The notes beneath the pieces were generated by a model. The model did no database searches. It saw only the letters and a list, made by a program, of their open reading frames with translations, and had not been told where the DNA came from. Of a stretch of DNA of 64,000 nucleotides, positions 29,428 through 39,157 are shown in pieces. Position numbers and translations under genes: made by a program. Position 1 is the first letter of the stretch. Each line of letters opens with the position of its first letter. The DNA is from Terriglobia bacterium. GTDB taxonomy: Bacteria; Acidobacteriota; Terriglobia; Acidiferrales; UBA7541. The stretch covers positions 4,032,001 through 4,096,000 of the forward strand of contig OY968796.1 in NCBI GenBank assembly GCA_963695545.1, written 5' to 3'.

Positions 29428-31200
29428 ATGTCCGTCGGAATGATCTACTCGCGTCGTTCGTTCATGGGCCTTTTCCTCGGATCGGCGATCGGTTTGACCG
29501 CGCAACGACTCCTTGGGCAAGGCGTAGCGGCGCACCAAGCTACGCCGGTTCCCCGGCAAGCGCCGTCCGGTCGCCCATTCAACGCGCACTTTGTCGACGT
29601 CGCGGCGGCGGCCGGACTGCATTCGCCGACAATCTACGGCGGTGTGGAGACCAAGAAATATATTCTGGAGTCGGTTGGATGCGGTTGCGCATTCATCGAC
29701 TACGATAACGATGGTTGGATGGATCTTTTTTTGCTTTGCGGCACTCGTCTTGAAGGCGCTCCGGCGGACGCAACCAACCGGCTGTACAAAAATAATCGCG
29801 ACGGCACGTTCACCGACGTCACCGAAAAAGCAGGTCTCCACGCAGTCGGTTGGGCTTCCGGAGTTTGCGTGGGCGACTACAACAACGACGGTTTTGAAGA
29901 CATGTTTTGCACCTACTTCGGACACAACAGACTCTACCGCAACAATGGTGACGGTACCTTTACGGAAGTGACCGAGGCCGCGGGGCTTTTGGGCGATCCC
30001 ACGCGCTGGGGCGCGGGTTGCAGCTTTGTAGACTACAACCGCGATGGGCATCTGGATTTGTTCGTCTCGAACTATGTTCATTTCGATCTGGAACATGCGC
30101 CGGTTCCCGGCGCGAACCCGAACTGCAATTGGAAAGGGATTTCCGTGGAGTGTGGACCACTCGGGCTTCCCACCGGGCGGCATTCGCTCTATAGAAACAA
30201 CGGCGACGGGACGTTTACCGACGTCAGCCAACAGTCAGGCATCGCGAAGGCCACAGGGTGCTATGGCATGACCGTGGTCGCGGCGGACTTGGATGAAGAC
30301 GGGTGGACTGATATCTATGTGGCCTGCGATTCCACTCCCAGTTTGCTGTTCATGAACAATCATGACGGAACGTTCCGCGAAGAGGGCGTGCTGCGCGGTG
30401 TCGCGCTCAGCGACGACGGCGAAGAGCAGGCGGGGATGGGTGTCGGAATTGGCGATTACGCTCTCGAAGGACATCTGGATCTCTTCAAGACGCACTTCGC
30501 AGACGACGCCAACGGGCTATACCACAATGACGGTAAGGGATATTTCGATGATGTCACCAGCACGTCCCGCGTTGGGGTGGAGACGCGTTATGTCTGCTGG
30601 GGCGATGGAATCGTCGATCTCGATAACGATGGGCATCCGGATTTGTTTATGGTTACCGGGAACGTTTATCCGGAGATTGAACGGACGCTGCCTCAATATC
30701 CGAACAAGGGACCCCGCGCGGTATTCCGCAATCTGGGGAACGGCACCTTCGAGGAGCTGATCGATGCTGCCGGACCCGGAGTTGCGGATGCGCATTGCAG
30801 CCGCGGCTGCGCGTTTGGGGATTTCGACAATGACGGCGACGTCGACATGCTGATCATCAACTTGAACGAGAACCCATCACTTCTGCGCAACGATATTCGC
30901 GGAAAACAGAATTGGATCAAGGTGAAGCTGGAGGGAGTGAAGTCCAATCGAAGCGCGATCGGGGCCCGGGTGCTGGCTCATTATGGCGGGAAAACGCAGG
31001 CTCAGTGCGTTGTCAGTCAATCGAGCTTCTATTCTTGCAACGATACTCGCCTGCATTTCGGACTCGGAAACTATACTGCCGTCGGCGTAGATGTGCATTG
31101 GCCGAGCGGTCTTGTGGAATCCTTTAAGAGCCTTCCGATCAATCAGCTGATTACACTGCGAGAGGGAGTTGGCAAGGTGCCGAACCGCGGGTGGTCGTAA
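29428..31200 (+). CDS. CRTAC1-family protein (FG-GAP/VCBS propeller + ASPIC/UnbV), Tat signal
   Basis: SRRSFMG; repeated DYDNDG, NNGDGTFTDV and GDFDNDGD; C-terminal SNRSAIGARV...LHFGLG...V.WPSG. Confidence 0.92.
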   Translation: MSVGMIYSRRSFMGLFLGSAIGLTAQRLLGQGVAAHQATPVPRQAPSGRPFNAHFVDVAAAAGLHSPTIYGGVETKKYILESVGCGCAFIDYDNDGWMDLFLLCGTRLEGAPADATNRLYKNNRDGTFTDVTEKAGLHAVGWASGVCVGDYNNDGFEDMFCTYFGHNRLYRNNGDGTFTEVTEAAGLLGDPTRWGAGCSFVDYNRDGHLDLFVSNYVHFDLEHAPVPGANPNCNWKGISVECGPLGLPTGRHSLYRNNGDGTFTDVSQQSGIAKATGCYGMTVVAADLDEDGWTDIYVACDSTPSLLFMNNHDGTFREEGVLRGVALSDDGEEQAGMGVGIGDYALEGHLDLFKTHFADDANGLYHNDGKGYFDDVTSTSRVGVETRYVCWGDGIVDLDNDGHPDLFMVTGNVYPEIERTLPQYPNKGPRAVFRNLGNGTFEELIDAAGPGVADAHCSRGCAFGDFDNDGDVDMLIINLNENPSLLRNDIRGKQNWIKVKLEGVKSNRSAIGARVLAHYGGKTQAQCVVSQSSFYSCNDTRLHFGLGNYTAVGVDVHWPSGLVESFKSLPINQLITLREGVGKVPNRGWS

Positions 31201-31279
31201 CGCGACGGAGTTTTGTAGAACGATCTCTCTCTCCCTTCATTTCTTTTCCTCTCTTCACCTCTTTCCAATTTCGTTCGAC

Positions 31280-33433
31280 TTACAGCTTTGAAGCGACGCG
31301 CTCGACTCCGGACGTCGCGGCCGGGGTCCAGATTTCCATCGCACTGGGTTCGCGATTGGCCCAGGCGTAATAGGGGATGTAGGTGAGCCGGACAGTGCGG
31401 CCAGATCGCGCGTCGGCTTCGTGATCCTGGTAAGGGCCGTATAGCGTGCCGGCGCTGGGTCTGGAGTCTGGCGAGGCGTGCGGCGACTGCGCCTCGGTGA
31501 CTACGCCGTCTCGATGCAGCACGAGGATCCCGCCGAGGAGATCTGGTTTGAATTCACTGGTGAATTCGGCGCCGGGTTTCATGCTGACCGCGAGTGAATT
31601 ATCGGTGAGGTCGACTTCGGTCGGCTGATCGAGTTGCTCGAGGCAATAGACCAAGGGGCCGCGCTGGATGGCGACGCGTCCGGTGTCGTCGGCGACGTGG
31701 GGATTGGCTGAGAGCGGTTGTGGCGTCATGGGGAATCGCACTTGAATTACATCGCCTGAAGACCAGTGGCGATGAATCGGGAGATACGTACCTGCCGTTG
31801 CGCCCGCCACGGACTTGCCGTTGACGGCGACGCGTGTGCCATCGCCGGCCCAGCCGGGAATGCGCAGATAAAACGTGAAGTCAGTTGGCTGGGCAGGGGC
31901 CACGGTGATTTCAACGTCGCCATCCCAGGGCATGCTGGTTTTTTGCGTGACTTTGATAGGCGTGCCGTCTTCGAGATGCCAATCGAAGGTGGAATTGTCG
32001 TAAAGATGGACATAGAGACCGTCGCTCGCAGTGCTGTAAAAATAGCCGGGAAGCGAAGCGATAGTGCGCTCGAAATTCGGCGGGCAGCAAATTGTGCTGT
32101 ACCAGGGATTACGAATGGTGACGCCGGCCGACGGATCGAACGCGAGCGGATTGGTGTAGCAATAGAGCGTGCCGCTCAAGGACATTCCGGAATTGATGCC
32201 GTTGTACAAAGCGCGCTCGAGCACGTCGGTGAATTTGGCGTCGCCAGTGGCGGCGAGCATGCGCCAATTCCACATCATGCTGCCGATCGCGGCGCAGGTT
32301 TCGGCGTAGGCGCTGGCGTTGGGCAACTCGTAGGAAGAGCCGAAGGATTCTCCCTGAGCGCGGGCGCCCACGCCGCCGGTGACGTACATTTTCGTGTCGG
32401 CCATGTTGTCCCACAAAGTGTTCAGCGTCTTCCAATACGTTGGGTCGCCGGTCTCGAGGTAGTAGTCGGCGGCGCCGCAGCAGGCATACAGCGCGCGGAC
32501 AGCGTGGCCTTCCATCTGCGTGCGCGCGATGAAGGGCGTGCCGGAGAAAAGATAAATGCTCACCTGGCGAAGGACGTGAATGCGATCGTCGCCACCGAGG
32601 ATGTAGCCGGCGAGATCGAGGTGACGCTTGTCACCGGTAAGGCGATAGAGCTCGACGAGCGCCATTTCGACTCCCGGATGGCCGGAAATGATGGGCAACT
32701 TCGGCGCAGGGCCGTAGGTCGGCAAGACAAAGTCGTTCACCATGCGGATTCCGGCGTCGAGCCACTTGCGATCGCCGGTGGCGCGGTAATAGGCGATGGC
32801 GGCGAGCAGCAAGTGGCCCAGGCAATAGAGCTCGTGGCCGGTCTGCTGCGTTTCGGGCGTCATGCTGAGGGCGGCGCGGTCGCCGACGAAGTAGGTGCCG
32901 ATGTAACCGCTTGGTTCTTGCGAAGCGGTGACGATGTCGATCACATATTCGGCTTTTTTGCGCAGCTCGGGGCTGTCTCCAGACTGAAGAGTAAAGCCAA
33001 CCGCCTCAGTCCATTTGTAGAGATGGGAATCGCAGCCGACATTGCCGACCTCGGGAGCGTCGCTCTTGCCCTGGAGGCGAAGAAAATTGTTCATGCGGCC
33101 ATGAGCTTCCATGAGGTCGTAGAGGGTCGGCATGCTTTGCGTGACGGTGGCTTCGCGGCGCGGAGCCCAGAAACCAGTTTCGATGGTGACGGCGCGGATG
33201 GGGACGTTGTGAAGCTTGGCGTAGGGTGAGTGCGCGAGGTTCAGGACGCCTTGATCGCGCCAAGAGGGTTGATCGGTGAGCGGGACGGGGGCGTCCTGGC
33301 TCGCCTGGGATGCGGCTTTGGAAGCGCGTCCGGGGGTCGCGGCAAGCGCTCGCTCGGTCGCGGCCAACGATGAGATCGCTGCACTGGAAAGCGCGGACGC
33401 TACGAATTGGCGACGAGTGATGTCCTTCAACAT
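31280..33433 (-). CDS. Tat-exported GH127 beta-L-arabinofuranosidase (HypBA1-like)
   Basis: TRRQFVA; HELYCLGH, GHPGVEMAL, GHAVRA, YAETCA, ERALYN and CCPPN. Confidence 0.92.
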   Translation of the reverse strand: MLKDITRRQFVASALSSAAISSLAATERALAATPGRASKAASQASQDAPVPLTDQPSWRDQGVLNLAHSPYAKLHNVPIRAVTIETGFWAPRREATVTQSMPTLYDLMEAHGRMNNFLRLQGKSDAPEVGNVGCDSHLYKWTEAVGFTLQSGDSPELRKKAEYVIDIVTASQEPSGYIGTYFVGDRAALSMTPETQQTGHELYCLGHLLLAAIAYYRATGDRKWLDAGIRMVNDFVLPTYGPAPKLPIISGHPGVEMALVELYRLTGDKRHLDLAGYILGGDDRIHVLRQVSIYLFSGTPFIARTQMEGHAVRALYACCGAADYYLETGDPTYWKTLNTLWDNMADTKMYVTGGVGARAQGESFGSSYELPNASAYAETCAAIGSMMWNWRMLAATGDAKFTDVLERALYNGINSGMSLSGTLYCYTNPLAFDPSAGVTIRNPWYSTICCPPNFERTIASLPGYFYSTASDGLYVHLYDNSTFDWHLEDGTPIKVTQKTSMPWDGDVEITVAPAQPTDFTFYLRIPGWAGDGTRVAVNGKSVAGATAGTYLPIHRHWSSGDVIQVRFPMTPQPLSANPHVADDTGRVAIQRGPLVYCLEQLDQPTEVDLTDNSLAVSMKPGAEFTSEFKPDLLGGILVLHRDGVVTEAQSPHASPDSRPSAGTLYGPYQDHEADARSGRTVRLTYIPYYAWANREPSAMEIWTPAATSGVERVASKL

Positions 33434-33507
33434 GGCCGTGCCCCCTGGCGAAGCAGAGTTGCGCGCGAACCTGGCGCGAACGGTGCGATTCTAACACGAA
33501 GGCGCAA

Positions 33508-33519
33508 GTAAACGATTGC
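33508..33519. promoter_or_regulatory. LacI-type operator upstream of GH127
   Basis: GTAAACGATTGC, lying about at the -35 position relative to a minus-strand extended -10 (TGtTAGAAT, TAGAAT at 33493-33488). Confidence 0.65.
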
Positions 33520-33713
33520 CCGTGGGTTGCGGCAATGCGCCGCGCGCAGACTGGCGCAGCAAAACGTTTCGCGCAGATCGCGAGAAGATGACGCGTTGGC
33601 TGGCGCGAAGCGATGGGCGGGGCTGGCCGAGCAGGCACGCGGCGCCTCGGAGCGAGCATCGAAAAAACTGATGCACGGGAGGCATACCCCCCTCCCCCCC
33701 GGGGTGTTTTTTG

Positions 33714-33815
33714 GAACTGTTGATTCTGCTCGACTTTAAGTCCTTTGCGCCAGAACTGGTGATTCTAAAAGGGTTAAAACGCGATTTTTCAGAACTGGTC
33801 ATTCTAAATGAGTTG
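33714..33815. repeat. Three direct repeats with exact 39-bp period
   Basis: GAACTGTTGATTCTGCTCGACTTT (33714), GAACTGGTGATTCTAAAAGGGTTA (33753), GAACTGGTCATTCTAAATGAGTTG (33792). Confidence 0.8.
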
Positions 33816-33888
33816 CAGGCGAAAAGGCCCTGGATTGGGCAATTTTGAAGGCGTTTCGGCGAGGATGTTGGTTCGCGATACATGCTGA

Positions 33889-33918
33889 ACCATAGCACAT
33901 TTATAGCGTATGTGTCAA
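33889..33918 (-). promoter_or_regulatory. Sigma70-type promoter pointing into the 39-bp repeat array
   Basis: Minus strand TTGACA-18 nt-TATGGT with extended TG. AT-rich flank contains the palindrome CTATTCGAATAG (33932-33943). Confidence 0.65.
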
Positions 33919-34179
33919 GGTAATTATATAGCTATTCGAATAGAAATCCTCAGACCTCGCTCTTTTCAGCGCGCATTCGAATTCGCGAGCCGTTCGAAGG
34001 GCTCTCTCCACGGATGCAAGAGCTTGACACCGCAGCGGAGGCGTGCAAAGTTTGGCCGATGAAAGCCGAAAGTGACCGATCGAGGACTAATCCCTTCTTC
34101 CACTCTCTTCGAAGCGGAAAATCGGGCGCGAGATCCGCGGAAACTCCAAAGAACTGCGCGGGCGCCGCATCGGATTGCC

Positions 34180-35376
34180 ATGGGTTCGGATAACCTGCTC
34201 GTCGTTCAGGCGGGCGGGCCGACGCCGGTGATGAACGCGAGCCTCTATGGAGTACTGAAGGAAGCGAACCAGAGTGGCAACGGGAAGGTGCTTGGAGCGC
34301 GGCGCGGTTTGGAAGGATTGATTCAAGGCCGCGTCGTGGATCTTGGCGGGCTGACATCACTGCAACTTGAACGCCTCAGACTAAGTCCGGGCGCGGCACT
34401 GGGTTCCTCGCGGCTGAAACCCTCGGAATCGGATTTCGAACAGACCATTCAAAATCTTAGGAAGCTGGACGTTCGCCGGATATTGATGATCGGTGGAAAT
34501 GGAACCATGCATGCGGCGGAGAAGTTTGGACGTTTCTGCGCGAGCGTGAAGTATGAGGTGCGCATAATCGGAATTCCCAAGACGATCGACAACGATATAA
34601 ACGGCACCGATCGCTGCCCCGGGTACGCCAGTGCGGCGCGCTACGTGGCGCAATCGACGCGCGATCTGGGGATGGATCTTCGTTCGCTGCCGCAGCCGGT
34701 CTCGATTTTGGAGACGATGGGGCGGAACGTGGGATGGCTGGCCGCGGCATCGGTGGCGGGAAAACGATCTGAAGAGAATGCTCCGCATCTGGTTTACGTG
34801 CCGGAAATTCCGTTTGAGATGGAGAGGTTTCTCTCCGATCTGGAGCGAGTGCTCGGAAGGCAGGACTGGGCGATTGTGGTGGTCGCCGAGGGAATCAGGG
34901 ACAAGGCGGGTCGCCCGATTTATGAAGCGGCAGAGGCGTCGCAGGCCGATGCGCTCAGCCGGCCGCTGATGACCGGAGTTGCTCGCGTACTCGCCGAAAC
35001 GGCCGCGCGTGAACTGAAAGTGCGCTGTCGAGACGAGAGGCCTGGGTTGGTGGGGCGAGCATCGATGCTGCACGTTTCGACGCAGGATCTGCGGGATGCG
35101 GAACTCGTGGGAAGGGCGGCATTTCGCGCGGTATGGGCGAATCATGACGCGGAAATGCTGGCGCTGACACCGCTCGATCGCGAAGAAGGTTCCGGATTTG
35201 AGATGGTTCCGTTTGGTTCGGTGATAGGACCCGAGCGAGGGATTCCGGCGGAATGGCTGTGCGATGGCGACATCCCGCTCGACGATAAGTTCAAGAAATA
35301 TGTTGGGCCGTTGATCGGGGACCTCTTGGAATACGATTCTGCCGTCGCGAGCCTGGAGCCACAAGATCGGCCGTGA
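34180..35376 (+). CDS. PfkA-superfamily sugar-phosphate kinase (Pfp-like clade, atypical motifs)
   Basis: QAGGPTPVMNAS, LGSSR, IGGNGT, IPKTIDND, ETMGR and VVAEG. Confidence 0.88.
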   Translation: MGSDNLLVVQAGGPTPVMNASLYGVLKEANQSGNGKVLGARRGLEGLIQGRVVDLGGLTSLQLERLRLSPGAALGSSRLKPSESDFEQTIQNLRKLDVRRILMIGGNGTMHAAEKFGRFCASVKYEVRIIGIPKTIDNDINGTDRCPGYASAARYVAQSTRDLGMDLRSLPQPVSILETMGRNVGWLAAASVAGKRSEENAPHLVYVPEIPFEMERFLSDLERVLGRQDWAIVVVAEGIRDKAGRPIYEAAEASQADALSRPLMTGVARVLAETAARELKVRCRDERPGLVGRASMLHVSTQDLRDAELVGRAAFRAVWANHDAEMLALTPLDREEGSGFEMVPFGSVIGPERGIPAEWLCDGDIPLDDKFKKYVGPLIGDLLEYDSAVASLEPQDRP

Positions 35377-35512
35377 ACCGCGCGAGGGGCGCGCCTTGGA
35401 GACCTGCGTCTAATCGCCCGCCGTGGAGTGACGGATGCTTGGCAGACAGTGCGGTCTTTTAGGGACGAGATCTGAGGATGTGAACGCCTAGTAGGAATGT
35501 ACTAGAAAAAGC

Positions 35513-35592
35513 TTGACAGCGGAATTCAAGTGGCATATATCCTTCGGCGATTGAGCAAACGTTTACAGTGAATCCGGCAAGTGAACGTTTAC
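35513..35592 (+). promoter_or_regulatory. Sigma70 promoter with two LacI-type operators for the TonB-dependent receptor
   Basis: TTGACA 35513-35518, 17-nt spacer, TATATC 35536-35541. Operators GCAAACGTTTAC 35555-35566 and GTGAACGTTTAC 35581-35592. Confidence 0.8.
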
Positions 35593-35656
35593 GCTCGATA
35601 ACCGGGGAAACGCATGGATGAAATGGGGGAGACGCGTGATTAAAGGGGGCGAAGAG

Positions 35657-38600
35657 ATGCGAGCGAGATTTTTTGTTGGGTGGTCGATTCGACTGCTGGC
35701 CGCGGTTCTGTTGGTATCAGGTTCGGCTTGGGCGCAGTTCACCTCAAACATTCAAGGAACGGTCTCAGATCCTACCGGCGCGGCGGTTGCACAAGCGAAG
35801 GTCACACTTGTGAACACGAGCACGCAGGTGTCGGCGACTGCGCCGACGGATACCACGGGATTATATCGGTTCGAAAGCGTGGCGCCGGGTGCGTACGAAA
35901 TTTCGGTGGATGCGACGGGCTTTGCGACCGCCGAGGAGACAGTAACGCTAACGACGGATCAAAACCTGAGCGTCAACATCACCCTAAAAGTGGGCACAGC
36001 GAGTCAGTCGGTTGTGGTGACCGCGGAATCTACGGTCTTGAACACGACCGAGGAACGAAACCAACAGACCATCCAAACGCAGGAGCTGGCTCAGGTTCCG
36101 CTGGCGGGGCGCAACATGCTTTCGCTGACGACGCTGGCCCCGGGGATGTCTGGACTGGGTGTGAATGGCGGTCCGGGCGTGTCAGGCGGCACTCCGGGAA
36201 CCGGAGTAGACAACTTCAGCACGGAAGAGGCGGTTGACGCGAGCGGCAAGGGCCAAGGCACGGTTTCCAATCTGTGGATCGTGGACGGGCTGAACTTGAG
36301 CAGTGCGATTCGCCAGGGCGTCCTAAATCTCACACCCAATCCAGACACGGTTCAAGAAGTGAGCAACCAGGTCAATACATTTTCCGTTGAATATGGCAAC
36401 GCCAGCGGCGTGCAGTTCGCGATCACCACGAAGTCCGGTGACGATCAATTCCACTTCCTGGCTAGCGACTATTTCAGCAACCAACACATGTTTGCCTTTG
36501 GCCATTTGCCCGGCAACAACCTCCATCCCTACAGTCCATTCCACAGCAACGACCTATCCGGGACGGTCGGCGGCCCGATTATTCCGCACCACCGTTTTTA
36601 CTTTTTCTTCGGCGTCGAGCCGTTGCGTGAATCCGTTTCCACGGGTAACACGGTTCAGACCTATGCGGCTCCGCAGGCAGGCGGTTTCATTCCCTGGGCG
36701 GAGGCCAACTATCCGAGCAACCTTGGAACCAAGATTCTGACGGGGTTCCCGGTTTCCCCCGCGGTGATTTTCACGAGCGTAAACCAGACCGCGGCCCAGG
36801 TTTTTCCAACCACTTGCGGAACGGCGGCCACGAATAATCTGCCGTGTGCGACGATCATGACCGACAACGGAGTATTCAACGCGACTAACTTCCGCAACGG
36901 CACGCAGTATTTCGCCCGCTTTGACAAGTATTTCGACAAGGATCGCATCTATTTCAGTTTCTACCGTACGCTTCTGGCCACCGGTGGACCGGCTACGATC
37001 CCGGCGTTCGGGAGCACGAACAATACTTACGAGCGGGCCATACAGGGTGGTTGGACACACACGTTCAGTCCGACCTTGCTGAATGAAGTGTCGGTTGGAA
37101 ATAGCCGCGTGCAGGGTATCGACGATGAAACCGGCGACTTCGACGTGCCGGCAATCAACGTGACCGGGCAGAACGTCGGCTACGGCATCGGCTTTGCGCA
37201 AGGCAATTTCATCCAACACAACTATCACTGGCGCGACGTCTTGACGAAGGTCCATGGAAATCACGTGATCAAGGTGGGCTACGACGGTTGGTGGGGCGAC
37301 GACAACGCACTGTTCCAGGGGCCGTGGTCACACCCGACGTTCAGTTTCACCAGCCTGCTAACGCTGGCGCAGGACGCACCCCAAAATGAAACTGGCGTGT
37401 TCTACAATCCCCAGACAGGCCAGGAAGCGTTGATGAGTTGGGACGCTCGTGGGTCAACCTACGGCGCATTTGCCGAAGACACGTGGAAAGCTCGGCGCAA
37501 TTTGACCGTGACGTTGGGCTTCCGGTTTGACAACGATGGAAACCCGAATTCGGGTTCGCCTACGACGGTATTTGGCAACTTCTACCTAGGCACCGGAACA
37601 ACCTTCAATCAGGAGGTTGCCAACGGCTCTGCGTCAGCCTCGCACTATTCGCTCAACTCCGCACCGAAAGGCTACGATCCGCGAATCGGGTTCGCGTGGG
37701 ATGTCACAGGATCGGGAAACTGGGTGTTGCACGGCGGATTCGGTATCTATACGGATGCGCTTTCATTTGCCAACATTCAGGAACAATTCCGGGGCAATCC
37801 GCCGGGGTATATTTCAACTAACTTCGTTGCGAATTCCTCGACACCCCCAATTTTCGACTTGGGTACCACTGACACGCCACCGTATGGATTCGTATACCCT
37901 GCGCTGGCGGGTTCAGCGCTTTGTCCCGTAGCGCCGTGTCTCAACTCCCATGGAGGAATTGTGGGGTCGGGAATCGGGATTGGCGGACAAAACCCGAACA
38001 TAAAATCTCCGTCGTCCTACCAGTGGGCGGCTACGCTCGAGCATAAGATGGGCAACGATCTCGTTGCCAGTGTGCTTTACAGCGGCGCGCACGACAGCGA
38101 CCTGGTTTCGGGCGGAGACGTGGGTGGCAACGTCAACTACGGTACGAACATCAATAATTTGCCGGGAGGCCTGATAGGCCTGCCGACCGGCACGCTTGCG
38201 CCGACGATCAATTCGAGTTTCGGTACGATCAACTATAGTCAGAACAATGCCTACAGCAACTACGAGGGCATAACGTTTGACATGCGCGGGAGACTAAAGC
38301 ATGCGTTCTTTGACGCATCGTACACGCGGTCTTCTTCAAAGGACGATGCCGGCTACTATCCGAATACGGCGAACACTGCATTTTACTATGGACCCTCACC
38401 GTGGGATGTTCCCAACCGCTTCTCTCTGTCCTTCAACTATCAGTTTACGGGCCTGCACAGTGGCGAGGGGGCGGTAGGGAAATTCACCGGGGGCTGGGGA
38501 GTCAGTGGGACCAGCATCTACCAGACCGGCTATCCGTTCTCGGTCAGCGCCGGGAATATCTTTAACCAGTCCGCTTACGTCGCAGGTGGAGACGCGCACC

Positions 38601-38995
38601 TAGAGACTACCGGCGACTACAGCGCTGACGGAGAAAATAACGATTTCCCGAACGTGACCAATTACACCCAGACGTCGAATTACTTCAGTTCGTCGTCGAC
38701 CAACTACGGCGTCTTCGCCGCAGGGCAATTCACCGTGCCTACCATGGGTACCTTCGGCAACGAGACGAACCATTCATTCCGCGAACCGTCTTTCGCGGAG
38801 ACCGATATCAGCGTTTACAAAGACAATCACATAACGGAGAGGCTCAACTTCCAATTCCGATTTGACCTCTTCAACGTGTTCAACCGCGGAAACTTCCAAG
38901 GCATCCAGGCCAATGTGAACGCTGGAAACTTCGGTCAGGTGACCAGCGAATTGCTGCCCTTCTTCTGGGATGTCGGAGGGAAGTTCACGTTCTAG
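35657..38995 (+). CDS. TonB-dependent receptor (Oar-like, N-terminal carboxypeptidase-regulatory-like domain)
   Basis: Signal peptide, IQGTVSDPTGAAV domain, PLAGRN..L..LAPG plug, TKSG, DTWK, PRIGFAWD and C-terminal GKFTF. Confidence 0.95.
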   Translation: MRARFFVGWSIRLLAAVLLVSGSAWAQFTSNIQGTVSDPTGAAVAQAKVTLVNTSTQVSATAPTDTTGLYRFESVAPGAYEISVDATGFATAEETVTLTTDQNLSVNITLKVGTASQSVVVTAESTVLNTTEERNQQTIQTQELAQVPLAGRNMLSLTTLAPGMSGLGVNGGPGVSGGTPGTGVDNFSTEEAVDASGKGQGTVSNLWIVDGLNLSSAIRQGVLNLTPNPDTVQEVSNQVNTFSVEYGNASGVQFAITTKSGDDQFHFLASDYFSNQHMFAFGHLPGNNLHPYSPFHSNDLSGTVGGPIIPHHRFYFFFGVEPLRESVSTGNTVQTYAAPQAGGFIPWAEANYPSNLGTKILTGFPVSPAVIFTSVNQTAAQVFPTTCGTAATNNLPCATIMTDNGVFNATNFRNGTQYFARFDKYFDKDRIYFSFYRTLLATGGPATIPAFGSTNNTYERAIQGGWTHTFSPTLLNEVSVGNSRVQGIDDETGDFDVPAINVTGQNVGYGIGFAQGNFIQHNYHWRDVLTKVHGNHVIKVGYDGWWGDDNALFQGPWSHPTFSFTSLLTLAQDAPQNETGVFYNPQTGQEALMSWDARGSTYGAFAEDTWKARRNLTVTLGFRFDNDGNPNSGSPTTVFGNFYLGTGTTFNQEVANGSASASHYSLNSAPKGYDPRIGFAWDVTGSGNWVLHGGFGIYTDALSFANIQEQFRGNPPGYISTNFVANSSTPPIFDLGTTDTPPYGFVYPALAGSALCPVAPCLNSHGGIVGSGIGIGGQNPNIKSPSSYQWAATLEHKMGNDLVASVLYSGAHDSDLVSGGDVGGNVNYGTNINNLPGGLIGLPTGTLAPTINSSFGTINYSQNNAYSNYEGITFDMRGRLKHAFFDASYTRSSSKDDAGYYPNTANTAFYYGPSPWDVPNRFSLSFNYQFTGLHSGEGAVGKFTGGWGVSGTSIYQTGYPFSVSAGNIFNQSAYVAGGDAHLETTGDYSADGENNDFPNVTNYTQTSNYFSSSSTNYGVFAAGQFTVPTMGTFGNETNHSFREPSFAETDISVYKDNHITERLNFQFRFDLFNVFNRGNFQGIQANVNAGNFGQVTSELLPFFWDVGGKFTF

Positions 38996-39012
38996 GCTAA
39001 TTTCGACCACCC

Positions 39013-39093
39013 CTGAGGAAACCGCGTTCCGACCCCGGAGACGCGGTTCCTCAGCACCAGAGGCGGGGCTACCCAGCCCCGCCTCAATTTTTT
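39013..39093 (+). terminator. Tandem hairpins / intrinsic terminator after the TonB receptor
   Basis: CTGAGGAAACCGCGT...ACGCGGTTCCTCAG (39013-39054), then GAGGCGGGGCT-ACCC-AGCCCCGCCTC (39060-39085) followed by AATTTTTT. Confidence 0.8.
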
Positions 39094-39157
39094 GCGCGTC
39101 TGTTCTCGTCGAAATCGGGCAGTCGAAGCGGAGCGCGTGGTATCCGTCGAGATTATT

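Noticed and set aside
31766..33229. 487-aa plus-strand ORF
   Set aside because: Antisense shadow of the GH127 gene, typical of high-GC codon bias.
33684..33706. Second CsoR operator (ATACCCCCC...GGGGTG)
   Set aside because: Imperfect symmetry, longer spacing and no metal-related gene nearby.
33714..33815. CRISPR or TIGR-type array
   Set aside because: Only three degenerate units with ~15-nt variable parts, and no cas or Nop-domain gene in the window. Kept as an unexplained repeat.
33491..33898. 135-aa ORF across the repeat element as a real CDS
   Set aside because: No RBS or recognisable domain. It stays open partly because the repeat period is a multiple of 3, and the C-terminal half looks like non-coding translation.
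33981..33995. Possible LexA-type direct repeat ATTC-N7-GTTC
   Set aside because: Mismatched, short enough to occur by chance, and no SOS gene adjacent.
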